NCBI GenBank assembly: GCA_965369865.1
Contig: CBDURU010000001.1
Coordinates: 48,406-112,405 of the forward strand
Direction of reading: 5' to 3'
Length of the DNA stretch: 64,000 bases
Source: an uncultured bacterium
GTDB lineage: Bacteria > JAJVIF01 > JAPKYR01
Positions within the stretch are counted from its first letter, which is position 1, and the number at the start of each line of letters is the position of its first letter. Below the pieces are notes generated by a model, which was given only the letters and a program-made list of their open reading frames with translations, had not been told where the DNA came from and made no database searches. Positions 1 to 10,334 of this stretch are shown here, in pieces. The position numbers were made by a program, and so were the translations under genes.

Positions 1-3000
1 GGCTCGCACCCGGGGAATTCTATGCTGTGATCTACAACAATGACCGAAAAGAATTCACCGGGACCGAACCCGACCGCGGTTACGAGGGCCTTCCCGACAG
101 CGCCCTCAGACAAGTTCTTCGCTCTCCTCTATGGCTCAGAGAAAAATTCATCGACAGGCTTGTCGACCTTTACTATGACGATATCGATGTGGGCGATGAT
201 GCTGTACCTTTTTTTCGGGATGTCAATGATGATGAGCTGAGAGACCTTCTGGTCGGCAACCCGGATGGCGAAATCAAATGCTTCCTGGCTCCATATTTCA
301 GGGAAAATCAGGATTTTGAGACTGGCGATATTGGAACAAATGCAGTTGCGGAAGGGCATGGATTCAGTTTGACCGGGGCAGAAGATGGATCAATTACTGT
401 AATAACAGATGGAGAAATCGACGCGCAACTTCAAGATAACCTTAACCGCATAAAAGTGGAAGGGAACTCATGTCCAATCTTTGAGGATATCAACGGCGAT
501 TACCTGCCCGACCTTTTGATCGGCTCATCCGATGGCACCATCAGCGTTTATGAAAATTTCGGTACTAAAGAAAAATGGTGGTTCGTTTCATTCAATACTG
601 CAACCGACCGGAGATTCGATGACGATATCGGCTACCTTTCATCACCCCGCATAAAGGATGTCAACAACGATGGCATAAACGACATCGTGAGCGGCGCTAA
701 AGACGCGCAGGGATTAAGAATCTATTACGGTCCCGATTACACCGAACCAGTCGGTTTCAACTATGATTCCGCTAATGCAAACCGCTTCGATGGCGCTATC
801 GTCCCGGCGCTTGGTGACTTTAACGGCGATGGCCGATGCGACCACGCAATAGGTCTCGAAGACGGCAGCATTCAGGTTTTCATCACCGATCAGGGTAACG
901 TATCCCACTGCAGTGAAAATTTTTCAAGGGGAATAAATGTCCCGGGATTCGCAACTCCCTGTTCAGCCGATTTCGATGGCGATGAGATATGTGATCTTAT
1001 AGTTGGCGCGGGTGATGGGAAACTACATTTTTTCAAAGGCACTGGCGATGGATTTGAAATTCTCCATGATGTTTTTGATGGAATTGAATTTGGGGAATAC
1101 CCTTCACCTGCCGGATTCGATTTCAATCACGATTCCAGGACAGACCTCGTGGTCGGAAACCGCGCCGGTGAAATCAAAGTTTTCCTGGCGCCTGACTGGA
1201 TTGAGGTCGAACGCGGCCTTGGACTTGTTAACTCCGGAAATTTCACCTCCCCGGCCTTCGGCGACCTCACCGGCGACAATATTCCGGAACTCCTCATCGG
1301 TTCGATTGACGGGACCTTCCGTTATTACGAAGGCCGGGATGCATCGTGGACCGAGTGCTACTCATGGCAGTTCCATCAAATGTTCAGCGGTGGAGGAATT
1401 GAAGGTTACCTCGAACGGACACATGCCGAAGCGACCCTTTTCCGCGGTATGAATGATGACGAGGCACTGGACGCATTCCTCGAAATTTTTGAAAATTCGG
1501 CCGATGAATATTTCGATGAGGTTGTCTTCGCCTTCTCCAACATACAAACCGAAATGCTTCGAACGATGAGCCGTCTTAATAACGCCGATCTTCTCCTTGA
1601 GAATGCGCGTGCCATCTACGATTTCGCATCCCGGGTTAAATACGCAAATATCAGGGAAAAAGGGGATTACACAACCATCGAGTATGTCTCCGAAGATGGC
1701 GCACTCATGGAGATGCCTCGCGATATCTACTACTGGTGGGTTGTACATCCCGTGGTCGAGTATGAAATTCCAGCGCGTATCGACGCATCGTACTTTCGGC
1801 ATGACGCTGATTTTTACGGCATTACGGAAGAGGAATGGACACGAAAAGAAATCACCGCGGATGAATTCGAGCACACTCCGGATGCGTACTTCTGGCGGAC
1901 TTTCCTGCCGGTCGACAGGCGCTACGGTATGAACCTGCTCGATGTCGTCGAACCCGCTGAAAATATCAGGGAGGCGGCCTATTTGATCGCCGACTGGATC
2001 ACATATTCCGGTTCGAGAACGGGACGCTGGAACGAATACGGTTTGCAAAGCAGCGACCTTCAGCCTCTTGTCATCTACGAGAAAAATTATGGTTCCTGCG
2101 GCGAGCAGGCGATGATGGGTGTCGCATTTTCACGAACCGCGCTTATCCCGAACGCGCCTGTGGGATGCTCTGGCGAGGATCACGCATGGAACGAGTGGTG
2201 GATGGACGGGCAGTGGTATCAATGGGACCTCAGCCATGCAATTACAGGCCTTGGACATCCATGGAATGAGAGGCGCGGACATACCGGCACACCCCTCCTA
2301 TCAATTACACGACGCAGGGGGGATGGTCTCGTGCAAAATTCAACAACCCGTCCGGTCAATCCACCAGGCTCAAACTATAATCCCGATAATGCCCCAGGAT
2401 ATACCGAGGTCGGACGTGTGACGATCAGGGTGGTGGACGAAATTGAAGAACCTGTCGAGGGCGCTCTGGTGGTCATAAGAAGCAAGTGGAATAACTACTA
2501 CCGCACTTCTATCTGGGATTACACGGATCCCGAAGGTTATTGCTATCTGGAGCTTGGCAATCCTGCCACCGGTTCATGTGTTGTGGACGTCATCACGCCG
2601 CTTGGAAATACCGGCACCGAATATTTTATCGTCAGGGAAAATGAGGAGTGCGAATACACATACACACTACCGGGACGTTTTAACGGGAGAATTTTGGATT
2701 CTTCATCGTTCGGAACACGCGATTCCACTTTGAATAATCTCGAAGTCTCCATAAACGTAATTGAGGAAGAGCAAAGACCGCAAAATTTCTCGACCGGAAG
2801 GGGTACATCCCTTGTGGGCAGGAAATTGTACGATGTGGCAGGCTATTACGGCACACGCTGGTACTCTGAACCGAATGACAATAACTGTGGTGTCTATTCA
2901 GCGATGGTGTCGGCATCCGAATACGAACATTTCCTTGAAACACACGAGTTGCCCCTGGCAAAATGGACAAAAGACGATAATTACATCGAGTCATTCAGCC

Positions 3001-4703
3001 CGGATGCTGGCGATGTTTGCGTTTTTTATAATCCGAACCGCTATACACATGTTAGATTCACTGTCTCACTGGCCGCGCAAATGCCGTCCGGAAATCCCGC
3101 CATTGAACTTATATCCGCACCGATTTCGGCAAGGACCGGCGAGAGTGTTACGTTCGAAGGAAATGCCTCGGATAACCTCCATGTCGCTGCACTATACGTA
3201 TCATTTGATAACGGTATTGATTTCACAGATATAACCGACTCTTACGACAGGGGTACGGGGAATTTCACATACACATGGAACACCAGCGCGCAAGGCCCCA
3301 TCCTCTCTGGAGAATACCCTATTGTCTTTTGTGTTGGGGACTGCTCCGGCATGTCATCTCATACTGACAGGATATTTTTCACGCTCGAAGACGCAAGGGA
3401 ATTCCATGACCAGGTTATTTTTCAGGACAATCCCGATTCTCCCCTGCCTTTATCTTCCTGGATGCTGGGGCCATTCACTGTCGGGGATAACGAGCGTTTC
3501 CTCGGAATTCAATGCGAAAGCAACGAGCCTGGTTTCGATGCGGACCTTTTCCTCTTTCATGACGCAAACGGTAACCGCATGCTTGATGGTATGAACGAAC
3601 AAATTGCGTCATCGACATCCCCGACAGCGGTCGAGACCATCCTTCGCAATGATCCCCAACCGGGAGTTTACTGGATATTCTGCCAGGGATGGCGGGTCGA
3701 TGACCGGACAGATATCGACCTGTGGGAAGGCATCAGGAATTTACCGCCGGGGCAACTTCTGGCGCTTGACCCGATGGATATCGATAAAATGGTCGCGTAC
3801 GCGTTGATCGACCTTTCCCTTTCGTTCGAATTCAGCCCGGCTTTCATTATCGATATCAACCCGGCCAGTGAGCTATGTATCGCCAATCCTGAAATCACAG
3901 GCAGGTTCCGGGAAGGATTCAATATCGATACCGGTTCCTTCAGGATATCATCCGCGGGCGAAGACATTGCGGAAATTGTCCTTGTGGACGACGAAGGATT
4001 TATCATCTCGTTTGATGAATTGGCAATCGAGGAAGGCATCGAGTATCCGCTCCGGATCGAAGCATCGACAACAGACGGCCGGTATGACGTAGTTGAACTG
4101 ACATTAACCGGTACGGTGCCCGAACGGGTCAGTATTGAACATTCAATCACCGGGGATGCTGAAAATATTTCGGTTGCGGTCCAGCTTCTGGAAGATAGCG
4201 CATTGCTTGAAATGGCTCGCGCGAGAATAGATGAACTTCCATGGGTCGCGCTCGATCCGGATGAAACACTCGCATCGGCCGGTCGGGAAATTTCTCTCAC
4301 CGGATTGGAAGAAGGGGAGCATAATTTAACTGTCGAATACCGGATCATGGGCGACGTTCTCGAATCGAAAGAACTATCGTTTGATTTCAATCGGAATATT
4401 CAGCAGAAATTAATCAGCCTGTTGCCCGGTGACGGTTCGTCAGTTTACGACCATCGCTCGGTTCTTGTCGCTTACTTCTCCCTCGAGATCAGGGAGGACA
4501 TCGGTAATGTAGCTGTATTCCTCGACAACGTTGAAATTACCGCCTCAGCAATCATCACCGCCGACGGCATTTTCTACCTCCCGGAGGATTTATACACAAA
4601 AGGCGAACACACCTTTGGCGTGATCGTAACTTTAACCGACGGGACTGTCATTGAGGCAAGTTCAACGTTCACAATCCTGTCAATGGACGACGAAGAGGAA
4701 TAA
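1..4703 (+). CDS. Very large FG-GAP/VCBS-repeat protein with a transglutaminase-like Cys-His-Asp core; the 5' end is probably outside the window
   Basis: The ORF track gives 27..4703, but the frame stays open back to nt 3, so the GTG at 27 need not be the start. It has repeated FG-GAP-type motifs (FEDINGDYLPDLLIGSSDGTISVY, ADFDGDEICDLIVGAGDGKLHFF, GDLTGDNIPELLIGSIDGTFRYY). It has a transglutaminase-core signature YGSCGEQAMM...GEDHAWNEWW...WYQWD. Confidence 0.8.
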   Translation, partial: LAPGEFYAVIYNNDRKEFTGTEPDRGYEGLPDSALRQVLRSPLWLREKFIDRLVDLYYDDIDVGDDAVPFFRDVNDDELRDLLVGNPDGEIKCFLAPYFRENQDFETGDIGTNAVAEGHGFSLTGAEDGSITVITDGEIDAQLQDNLNRIKVEGNSCPIFEDINGDYLPDLLIGSSDGTISVYENFGTKEKWWFVSFNTATDRRFDDDIGYLSSPRIKDVNNDGINDIVSGAKDAQGLRIYYGPDYTEPVGFNYDSANANRFDGAIVPALGDFNGDGRCDHAIGLEDGSIQVFITDQGNVSHCSENFSRGINVPGFATPCSADFDGDEICDLIVGAGDGKLHFFKGTGDGFEILHDVFDGIEFGEYPSPAGFDFNHDSRTDLVVGNRAGEIKVFLAPDWIEVERGLGLVNSGNFTSPAFGDLTGDNIPELLIGSIDGTFRYYEGRDASWTECYSWQFHQMFSGGGIEGYLERTHAEATLFRGMNDDEALDAFLEIFENSADEYFDEVVFAFSNIQTEMLRTMSRLNNADLLLENARAIYDFASRVKYANIREKGDYTTIEYVSEDGALMEMPRDIYYWWVVHPVVEYEIPARIDASYFRHDADFYGITEEEWTRKEITADEFEHTPDAYFWRTFLPVDRRYGMNLLDVVEPAENIREAAYLIADWITYSGSRTGRWNEYGLQSSDLQPLVIYEKNYGSCGEQAMMGVAFSRTALIPNAPVGCSGEDHAWNEWWMDGQWYQWDLSHAITGLGHPWNERRGHTGTPLLSITRRRGDGLVQNSTTRPVNPPGSNYNPDNAPGYTEVGRVTIRVVDEIEEPVEGALVVIRSKWNNYYRTSIWDYTDPEGYCYLELGNPATGSCVVDVITPLGNTGTEYFIVRENEECEYTYTLPGRFNGRILDSSSFGTRDSTLNNLEVSINVIEEEQRPQNFSTGRGTSLVGRKLYDVAGYYGTRWYSEPNDNNCGVYSAMVSASEYEHFLETHELPLAKWTKDDNYIESFSPDAGDVCVFYNPNRYTHVRFTVSLAAQMPSGNPAIELISAPISARTGESVTFEGNASDNLHVAALYVSFDNGIDFTDITDSYDRGTGNFTYTWNTSAQGPILSGEYPIVFCVGDCSGMSSHTDRIFFTLEDAREFHDQVIFQDNPDSPLPLSSWMLGPFTVGDNERFLGIQCESNEPGFDADLFLFHDANGNRMLDGMNEQIASSTSPTAVETILRNDPQPGVYWIFCQGWRVDDRTDIDLWEGIRNLPPGQLLALDPMDIDKMVAYALIDLSLSFEFSPAFIIDINPASELCIANPEITGRFREGFNIDTGSFRISSAGEDIAEIVLVDDEGFIISFDELAIEEGIEYPLRIEASTTDGRYDVVELTLTGTVPERVSIEHSITGDAENISVAVQLLEDSALLEMARARIDELPWVALDPDETLASAGREISLTGLEEGEHNLTVEYRIMGDVLESKELSFDFNRNIQQKLISLLPGDGSSVYDHRSVLVAYFSLEIREDIGNVAVFLDNVEITASAIITADGIFYLPEDLYTKGEHTFGVIVTLTDGTVIEASSTFTILSMDDEEE

Positions 4704-4872
4704 TACCTTGGTTTTATTCCGGATTCCCATCGCCTTTAAAAAGACCTGACTGGATTACAAGTGAATAAAATTCGAGATAATTCAGCCTGGAATATCTTTC
4801 ATCATTTATCCATGCATCTTATGAACATGGTCATGATATACTTTGTCCTAATTGGCAGGGAGGTGAGACGAT

Positions 4873-6759
4873 ATGGCATTACTTAAAAGCATTGGACCCA
4901 TTATTGGATTCCATCTTTTTTTTATAATCCTGATCGTAGTAGGATTCATCCGCTTCAGGAAGCCGATATCGGGACCTCTGCTTTCAGTTGGATTTATCGG
5001 TCTCGCGATTTGTGTCTGGTTCTTTATGTTAACCACGTATATGTTACGTGACCTTATTAGTTTTGACAGCTACGTTAATTTAATGAGCCTGTTAATTACG
5101 CCAATCGGTATTTTGATGCCTGTAATAATTATTCTTATGCTGTTAATTCTCGGTATTGTGAAACGAGATCATAAACATTCCGGTGAGTTCATGTTAATTG
5201 GTGGTGTAGGAGCCCTTATCGCGTTCGTAATTGTGATGATGACTGCTCCAAGCTGGATCCACGATCCTGCAAAGGTGAACCGGACAACCCCGGCAAACAA
5301 CCAAGGTACAGGTTCTCTGGGTAGTGGTGATCTTATCTGGGTTCAGAGCGCCGGAGGAGTAGCTAACATTGAACAGGGTAACGGAATCACGACTCTTTCT
5401 GACGATTCTACAGTCGTGACAGGACAGTTTCGTGGAGTGGCCACATTCGGACCGCGTGAGCCGAACCAGCCGAACCAGACAGTCCTTTATTCCCTTGGAG
5501 GGAGCGACATATTCATTGCGCGATACAATCCGGACGGCTCCCTCGCATGGGCGAAACGGACGGGTGGTACTTCTGACTTTTATGAAGCAGGCAAAGGAAT
5601 TACATCTCTTTCGGACAATTCGGTTGTAGTGACAGGTTGGTTTACCGAATCGGCTACATTTGGACCGGGCGAGCCGAACCAGACAATCCTGACTTCTGCT
5701 GGAGATAGAGATATTTTTATCGCGCGATACAACGCGGACGGTACACTCGTCTGGGCGAAACAGGCCGGAGGGACTTCTGAATATAAAGGTGAAATGGGCA
5801 ATGGAATTACATCGCTTTCGGACGATTCGATAATTGTGACAGGAATGTTTTATGGAGCTGCCACATTCGGACCCGGTGAATCAAACCAGACAGTCCTGAC
5901 TTCCGCGGGTTTTGGCGATATCTTCATTGCGCGTTACAACCTGGACGGTACACTCGCCTGGGCAAAACTGGCCGGGGGAGCATTTGTTGATTACGGCAAT
6001 GCAATCACTGCGCTTTCGGATAATTCGACAGTCGTGACTGGGAGGTTTGAAATATCGGGAACATTCGGATCGGGCGAGCCTAACGAGACAATCCTGACTG
6101 CCGCCCGCTATAATGATATTTTCATCGCGCGTTACAATCCGGATGGCACACTCGCCTGGGCAAAACGCGCCGGAGGAGCGAAGTACGATGAGGGTAATGG
6201 AATCACGGCGCTTTCTGATGATTCGACAGTTATAACAGGACATTTTGCAGAATCCGCCACATTCGGACCCGGCGAGCCGAATATGACAGTCCTGGATTCC
6301 TCTGGCATTGGCGATATCTTTATCGCTCGTTATAACCCGGATGGCACACTCGCATGGGCGAAACGTACCGGAGGTGCTTATAACGATTATTTGGGTATCA
6401 ATGAAGAATGGGGATATGGAATCACAACGCTTTCAGGCGATTCGACTGTAGTAACAGGAATGTTTGCAGAAAAGGCCACATTCGGGGAGGGTGACCCGAA
6501 CCAGACAGTCCTGACCACCGCTGGAATGAGCGATATCTTCATTGCGTCGTACAATCCTGACGGTACACTAGCATGGGCTAAATGCGCCGGAGGAGGATAT
6601 TATGATTTTGGCTATGGCATCGCTACGCTTTCGGACGATTCGATAGTAGTGACAGGGCAAATTGGAGATTTAGCTATTTTCGGAGCGGGCGAGCCTAACG
6701 AGGTAGCCCCAACTTCTGCTGGAAATGACGATATCTTCATCGCGAGATTTGGACCCTAA
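4873..6759 (+). CDS. Membrane-anchored protein with ~8 SBBP-type beta-propeller repeats
   Basis: The ATG at 4873 is preceded by GGGAGGTGA. The first ~130 aa are hydrophobic helices. A ~57-aa unit then repeats (GITxLSDDSTVVTGxFxxxATFGPGEPNQTVLTSAGxxDIFIARYNPDGTLAWAKRxGG), which fits the Pfam SBBP beta-propeller repeat pattern as I recall it. Confidence 0.85.
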   Translation: MALLKSIGPIIGFHLFFIILIVVGFIRFRKPISGPLLSVGFIGLAICVWFFMLTTYMLRDLISFDSYVNLMSLLITPIGILMPVIIILMLLILGIVKRDHKHSGEFMLIGGVGALIAFVIVMMTAPSWIHDPAKVNRTTPANNQGTGSLGSGDLIWVQSAGGVANIEQGNGITTLSDDSTVVTGQFRGVATFGPREPNQPNQTVLYSLGGSDIFIARYNPDGSLAWAKRTGGTSDFYEAGKGITSLSDNSVVVTGWFTESATFGPGEPNQTILTSAGDRDIFIARYNADGTLVWAKQAGGTSEYKGEMGNGITSLSDDSIIVTGMFYGAATFGPGESNQTVLTSAGFGDIFIARYNLDGTLAWAKLAGGAFVDYGNAITALSDNSTVVTGRFEISGTFGSGEPNETILTAARYNDIFIARYNPDGTLAWAKRAGGAKYDEGNGITALSDDSTVITGHFAESATFGPGEPNMTVLDSSGIGDIFIARYNPDGTLAWAKRTGGAYNDYLGINEEWGYGITTLSGDSTVVTGMFAEKATFGEGDPNQTVLTTAGMSDIFIASYNPDGTLAWAKCAGGGYYDFGYGIATLSDDSIVVTGQIGDLAIFGAGEPNEVAPTSAGNDDIFIARFGP

Positions 6760-6956
6760 ATTCCCCAGGTGCCGGGTACAGACTAAGGGAGGCGAAACCG
6801 AACGTGTATGTGCCCGTTGAACACGTACCCGATTAAAAATAATTGCAGAAATAATATACGGGTTCCCGTGTTACGTTTCTTAAGGAATTCCTCGCGGTCC
6901 GGATCATCCCGGAAAACGCCCTGATGATTGTTACCTGCAACCGCAGATTGGTTCGA

Positions 6957-8303
6957 TCAACCTGTAACACTCCGTTCGGTAAACTTGATCCCCAACCCTT
7001 CAAGCTCATCGAGGATAGGATTGTATATATCAGGAAGTACCGGGATATGCACTCCTGTCAACTTAATCTCGCTATGGAGGATCATACGTGTCGCGACGGC
7101 AGCCGGAAGCCCGACAGTTCGCGCCATAGATGTATCGCCGTACGGAATTCCGAAATCTACCAGTGACGATGTAATCTTCTCTGTCCGGTCGGGAAACTCA
7201 GCTTCAAACTTGTGATGCATCGCAATCATATCCCGTTCCCCAGGTTCATATTGGAGTTTCTCAAGGAAAATTCCCACGAGAATATCCAGAGGGCTCATTT
7301 CCGCGGCTGGAAGCGGTTTTTCATTATCGAACAGTCCCAGCCAGGTCCATTTACCTATTACCGGAGGATCCGCTGGTATATTGAACTTCGTTGAAATTGC
7401 GGCTTCGAGGTTCCCGTCATTTGGGAATCCGCCAAGTTTAGCCATTAAATCACGATAAGTCATACCATCGAGACCGCTCAAGACCTCAATATCAAAAAGA
7501 CCCGCCTCAGAGAGTTTTTTCCATGTCACGCAATGCCCCAGATTACGAAACGTACCGCGGTACATTGTCCCGACATCTGTCAAGCCGTATACATCCTGGT
7601 ACGGCATACTGTCGCGATTGGCATACGCTTCAAATCCATCCTCAAGTTCTTCCAGCTTTACATGGTGGAAATAATCGAAAAGATTCTCACCGGGAATTTC
7701 AACAATTTTTCCATCCTCAAGGTATTTCGCTGAATTCTTCGCAGCAAGGACCACACCCCTCGGGCTCCATGAAAACTTGTATCCCCAAGGTGTTGTCTTC
7801 GCCTCAGGTGCGGGAAGCCCTCCGCAGTACGACCTAAAGCTGGTAATCTTCCCCCCCCTGGCTTCGACATCATGGATAACCCGCATCGCAGACATGTGAT
7901 CAATACCGGGATCGACACCAATCTCATTGAGAATGATAATACCGGCATCTTTCGCGGCCTGGTCCAGTTCTTTCATCTCATCGCTCACATAGCTGGTTGT
8001 GACCATGAGTTTTCCATGCCTGATCGCGGCTTTCGCGACTGCCGGGTGATGCATAGCGGGAAGAAGGCTGATTGCAAGATCGTGTTTCGCAACAAGTTCG
8101 TCCAGCCCATCTGGATTCTCTTCAATATCAAATTGCACTGCTAACCCGTTTGGACGGTCCCCGATCAATGCATGGGCTTTTGCAAGGGTCCGGGTTGCGA
8201 TAGTCAGAGAAAAACCTGGCACATCGAGGAGGTAATTTACGAGCGGACGGGTAACAAGTCCGGCTCCGAGAAGTAGAATTTGCTTGTCATTGTCTGAGGT
8301 CAT
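6957..8303 (-). CDS. Saccharopine dehydrogenase (L-glutamate-forming; SDH-domain homolog of AASS / LYS9-like)
   Basis: It has the Rossmann motif ILLLGAGLVTRP. It aligns by eye along its length with the C-terminal SDH domain of animal aminoadipate-semialdehyde synthase (ISLLP..HP.VAKA, GVDPGIDHM, YCGGLPAPE, YKFSWSPRGV, MARTVGLPAA). Confidence 0.85.
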   Translation of the reverse strand: MTSDNDKQILLLGAGLVTRPLVNYLLDVPGFSLTIATRTLAKAHALIGDRPNGLAVQFDIEENPDGLDELVAKHDLAISLLPAMHHPAVAKAAIRHGKLMVTTSYVSDEMKELDQAAKDAGIIILNEIGVDPGIDHMSAMRVIHDVEARGGKITSFRSYCGGLPAPEAKTTPWGYKFSWSPRGVVLAAKNSAKYLEDGKIVEIPGENLFDYFHHVKLEELEDGFEAYANRDSMPYQDVYGLTDVGTMYRGTFRNLGHCVTWKKLSEAGLFDIEVLSGLDGMTYRDLMAKLGGFPNDGNLEAAISTKFNIPADPPVIGKWTWLGLFDNEKPLPAAEMSPLDILVGIFLEKLQYEPGERDMIAMHHKFEAEFPDRTEKITSSLVDFGIPYGDTSMARTVGLPAAVATRMILHSEIKLTGVHIPVLPDIYNPILDELEGLGIKFTERSVTG

Positions 8304-8335
8304 TTTTAAAACTCCTTAAGAGAAAATTCAAAGGA

Positions 8336-9649
8336 TTATGCGTTCAGAAATTCGTTAAGGTACTCATACTCAGGTGTAAGCTTTCCGTGATATACGATCA
8401 CGGACCGCTTCAATGGCTCGGGTAAATCGAGTTGGTCGAAACCCACCGAAAAATCCGCTTTCACAAGGTCGGGAATAAAATTTCTCAGCGTGCCCGAGAA
8501 CCTTGTGCTCGCTTCCCTGGGAAGTTCGCACGGGAGGTTATCAACCGCGAGGATCACCGGACCGTTTCCTTTCACACCATCGATCGCCAGACCTGAATCG
8601 ACATCGTAAACGTAGATCGGGTTTCCCGAATCGGTCGCTTTCAAGGAAACTTCAATAGCCCCTTCGACATCAATCGAAATGTCGCCGATCACGATAAGTT
8701 TCGGATCGCCGGACGAATACATCTCCACAACTTGATCTTTAACCAGGAGACGCGGGTAATCATCGGTCCAGAAAATGCAGTTCATCAGGACAGTTAAATG
8801 GGGAATAAATTTACTGAAAACACCCCTGTATTTCTCTGGATTGTCATAGTAGTCCTGCAGCTCGAAAACCCCACCTTTTTCCAAAGGTTCAACCATGTCC
8901 TTTTCGTAGAAAACCACCTTATAGACTTGCTTGTTCGATGAGAATGTATCGGGATTGGGATTTAGCAGTTCGTCCGGTGAAATTTCAATTACCGGCAGGT
9001 TGTTAAGAATTTCCTGGGCGCCTTTCGATACATTTCCGTAGCCCGCGAATCCGATAACCACCGGATGAATTTCATCGGCAAGACCGTTCGAAGCGATTTC
9101 CTTCCCAACCGCTTCCAATGCGGTCTCGGCGAATGTAAGGCTGCGATATCCGGGTGCCTGCCTGACGCCGATAAACGGGTTATCGATTTTCATCTCGTTC
9201 AACCTTTGTCCGAGAGCCCAGAGAGTATCGATCATTCCGGCCTGCCCCGCTTCGCTCCCGAAAAATACCTGCCTTATTCCCTTCTCATCCGTGATTTTTT
9301 CGTAATCGAGAAGGTTGCACTCGAGCTGCATCAGCCGTTTGAGTATCGGCATATTGTGCTCCTGGCCCTTGATCACATGGGAGAAGAAAATGTAGGTTTT
9401 GCCCCTCAGGAAAAAGTCGACGGGCATCTCCTTGATGCCGATAATGACATCGCAACCCGCCAGATCCTTGTCGGTACGGGCGCCGATCGCCATATACTCG
9501 GCGTCGCTGAATGCACGGTTCGGCATTGGCTGAACTGAAATCCCAACCCCCTGTTCCCTGATAAGACGACCAGCGTCCATGGGAACAATCGGCACTCGCT
9601 TTTCCCATTCGTTCTTGTCCTCCAGACGTATCCCGATACGATTAACCAT
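8336..9649 (-). CDS. Lysine-ketoglutarate reductase-like enzyme (LKR-domain homolog of AASS; AlaDH/PNT fold)
   Basis: The N-terminus IGIRLEDKNEWEKRVPIVP and the motifs FFSHVIKGQEHNMPIL, DYEKITDEKG and GYGNVSKGAQEI match the LKR half of bifunctional AASS. It lies directly upstream of the SDH gene on the same strand (32-nt gap). Confidence 0.8.
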   Translation of the reverse strand: MVNRIGIRLEDKNEWEKRVPIVPMDAGRLIREQGVGISVQPMPNRAFSDAEYMAIGARTDKDLAGCDVIIGIKEMPVDFFLRGKTYIFFSHVIKGQEHNMPILKRLMQLECNLLDYEKITDEKGIRQVFFGSEAGQAGMIDTLWALGQRLNEMKIDNPFIGVRQAPGYRSLTFAETALEAVGKEIASNGLADEIHPVVIGFAGYGNVSKGAQEILNNLPVIEISPDELLNPNPDTFSSNKQVYKVVFYEKDMVEPLEKGGVFELQDYYDNPEKYRGVFSKFIPHLTVLMNCIFWTDDYPRLLVKDQVVEMYSSGDPKLIVIGDISIDVEGAIEVSLKATDSGNPIYVYDVDSGLAIDGVKGNGPVILAVDNLPCELPREASTRFSGTLRNFIPDLVKADFSVGFDQLDLPEPLKRSVIVYHGKLTPEYEYLNEFLNA

Positions 9650-9888
9650 AGTGACATCACCTTGCCTGGTGTTGATTCCTTAACCACAAGGGATGGAATT
9701 GTAGCATCACTATTGGGGACTATCAATATTTGGAAATTCAGGGATTTTGTATATATATACAGGATGCCGGGGATTTGATTAATCAGGCAGGCGGGACGCA
9801 TGCGCTACGGGTTTAAGAATTAGATGTCCGTCTTTGGTACTCGGTTTAACCGTAGGGGCGCCGCTTGCCGTGCCCTTGTCTCTGAGAT

Positions 9889-10305
9889 TTACTCTTCAGA
9901 CCATGCAACCGTACCCTTAATACCATCCACTTTGACAATTGATCCATTCGGGATCAATTCAATCAAATCTTCGACAGGCTCGCAGACCAAGGCAATTTCC
10001 GCGAGGATAGCTCCCTCGACAATATTCGGATCGGCTGGCTTACTTAAAACGATCGCGGCAGGCTGTTTTCCCATTCGTGCAAGTGACATAAGGACCACGC
10101 ATCCCCCCGATGACCCTTTTGTTTCAGGGTAGATCATTACTTTCCCGGTAATTGATTCCCCCTCGTGTTCATGGCCTTTCGCGATGATGACCCCGGTGTC
10201 CATGTCGACATCGCCAAGGAACGAGAAAGCGTTATGGCACACGAGGGCGGGGCCTTCGGCAAGTCTTTTTACAATTCCACGGGATTTTATTGATTTTTCA
10301 GGCAT
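9889..10305 (-). CDS. Aconitase X swivel-domain protein (AcnX small subunit, DUF126-type)
   Basis: The ORF track gives 9889..10371. I prefer the internal ATG at 10305 (MPEKSIKSRG...), which removes the overlap with the upstream gene. Its size (~138 aa) and its position after a DUF521-type gene are typical of two-subunit AcnX. Confidence 0.7.
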   Translation of the reverse strand: MPEKSIKSRGIVKRLAEGPALVCHNAFSFLGDVDMDTGVIIAKGHEHEGESITGKVMIYPETKGSSGGCVVLMSLARMGKQPAAIVLSKPADPNIVEGAILAEIALVCEPVEDLIELIPNGSIVKVDGIKGTVAWSEE

Positions 10306-10334
10306 TCGAAATTTCGAAATATTGCATTTCCAAT

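Noticed and set aside
3668-4390. A 240-aa antisense ORF inside the FG-GAP/transglutaminase gene (similarly 1362..2048 -)
   Set aside because: It is Ser/Pro/Arg-rich low-complexity translation typical of the antisense of a real gene. The sense ORF is 1558 aa with recognisable domains.
5881-6243. Antisense or alternative-frame ORFs inside the SBBP genes (for example 5881..6243 -, 26109..26318 +, 39396..39695 +, 40131..40316 +)
   Set aside because: They overlap long ORFs with clear repeat-family homology on the other strand. They recur only because the underlying coding repeat recurs, and they have no motifs of their own.
4873-6759. Regular ~170-nt periodicity in the SBBP genes (also 25829-27200, 39152-40560, 56860-58200), considered as a CRISPR-like or satellite array
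   Set aside because: The periodicity is in frame and encodes the ~57-aa protein repeat. The repeats are degenerate at the nt level, and there is no short-identical-repeat plus unique-spacer structure. I found no CRISPR array anywhere in the window.
9650-9888. The 5' leader of the LKR gene, considered as a lysine (L-box) riboswitch
   Set aside because: I read the reverse complement and could not find the conserved L-box core elements or its helix arrangement. It shows only AT-rich promoter-like sequence.
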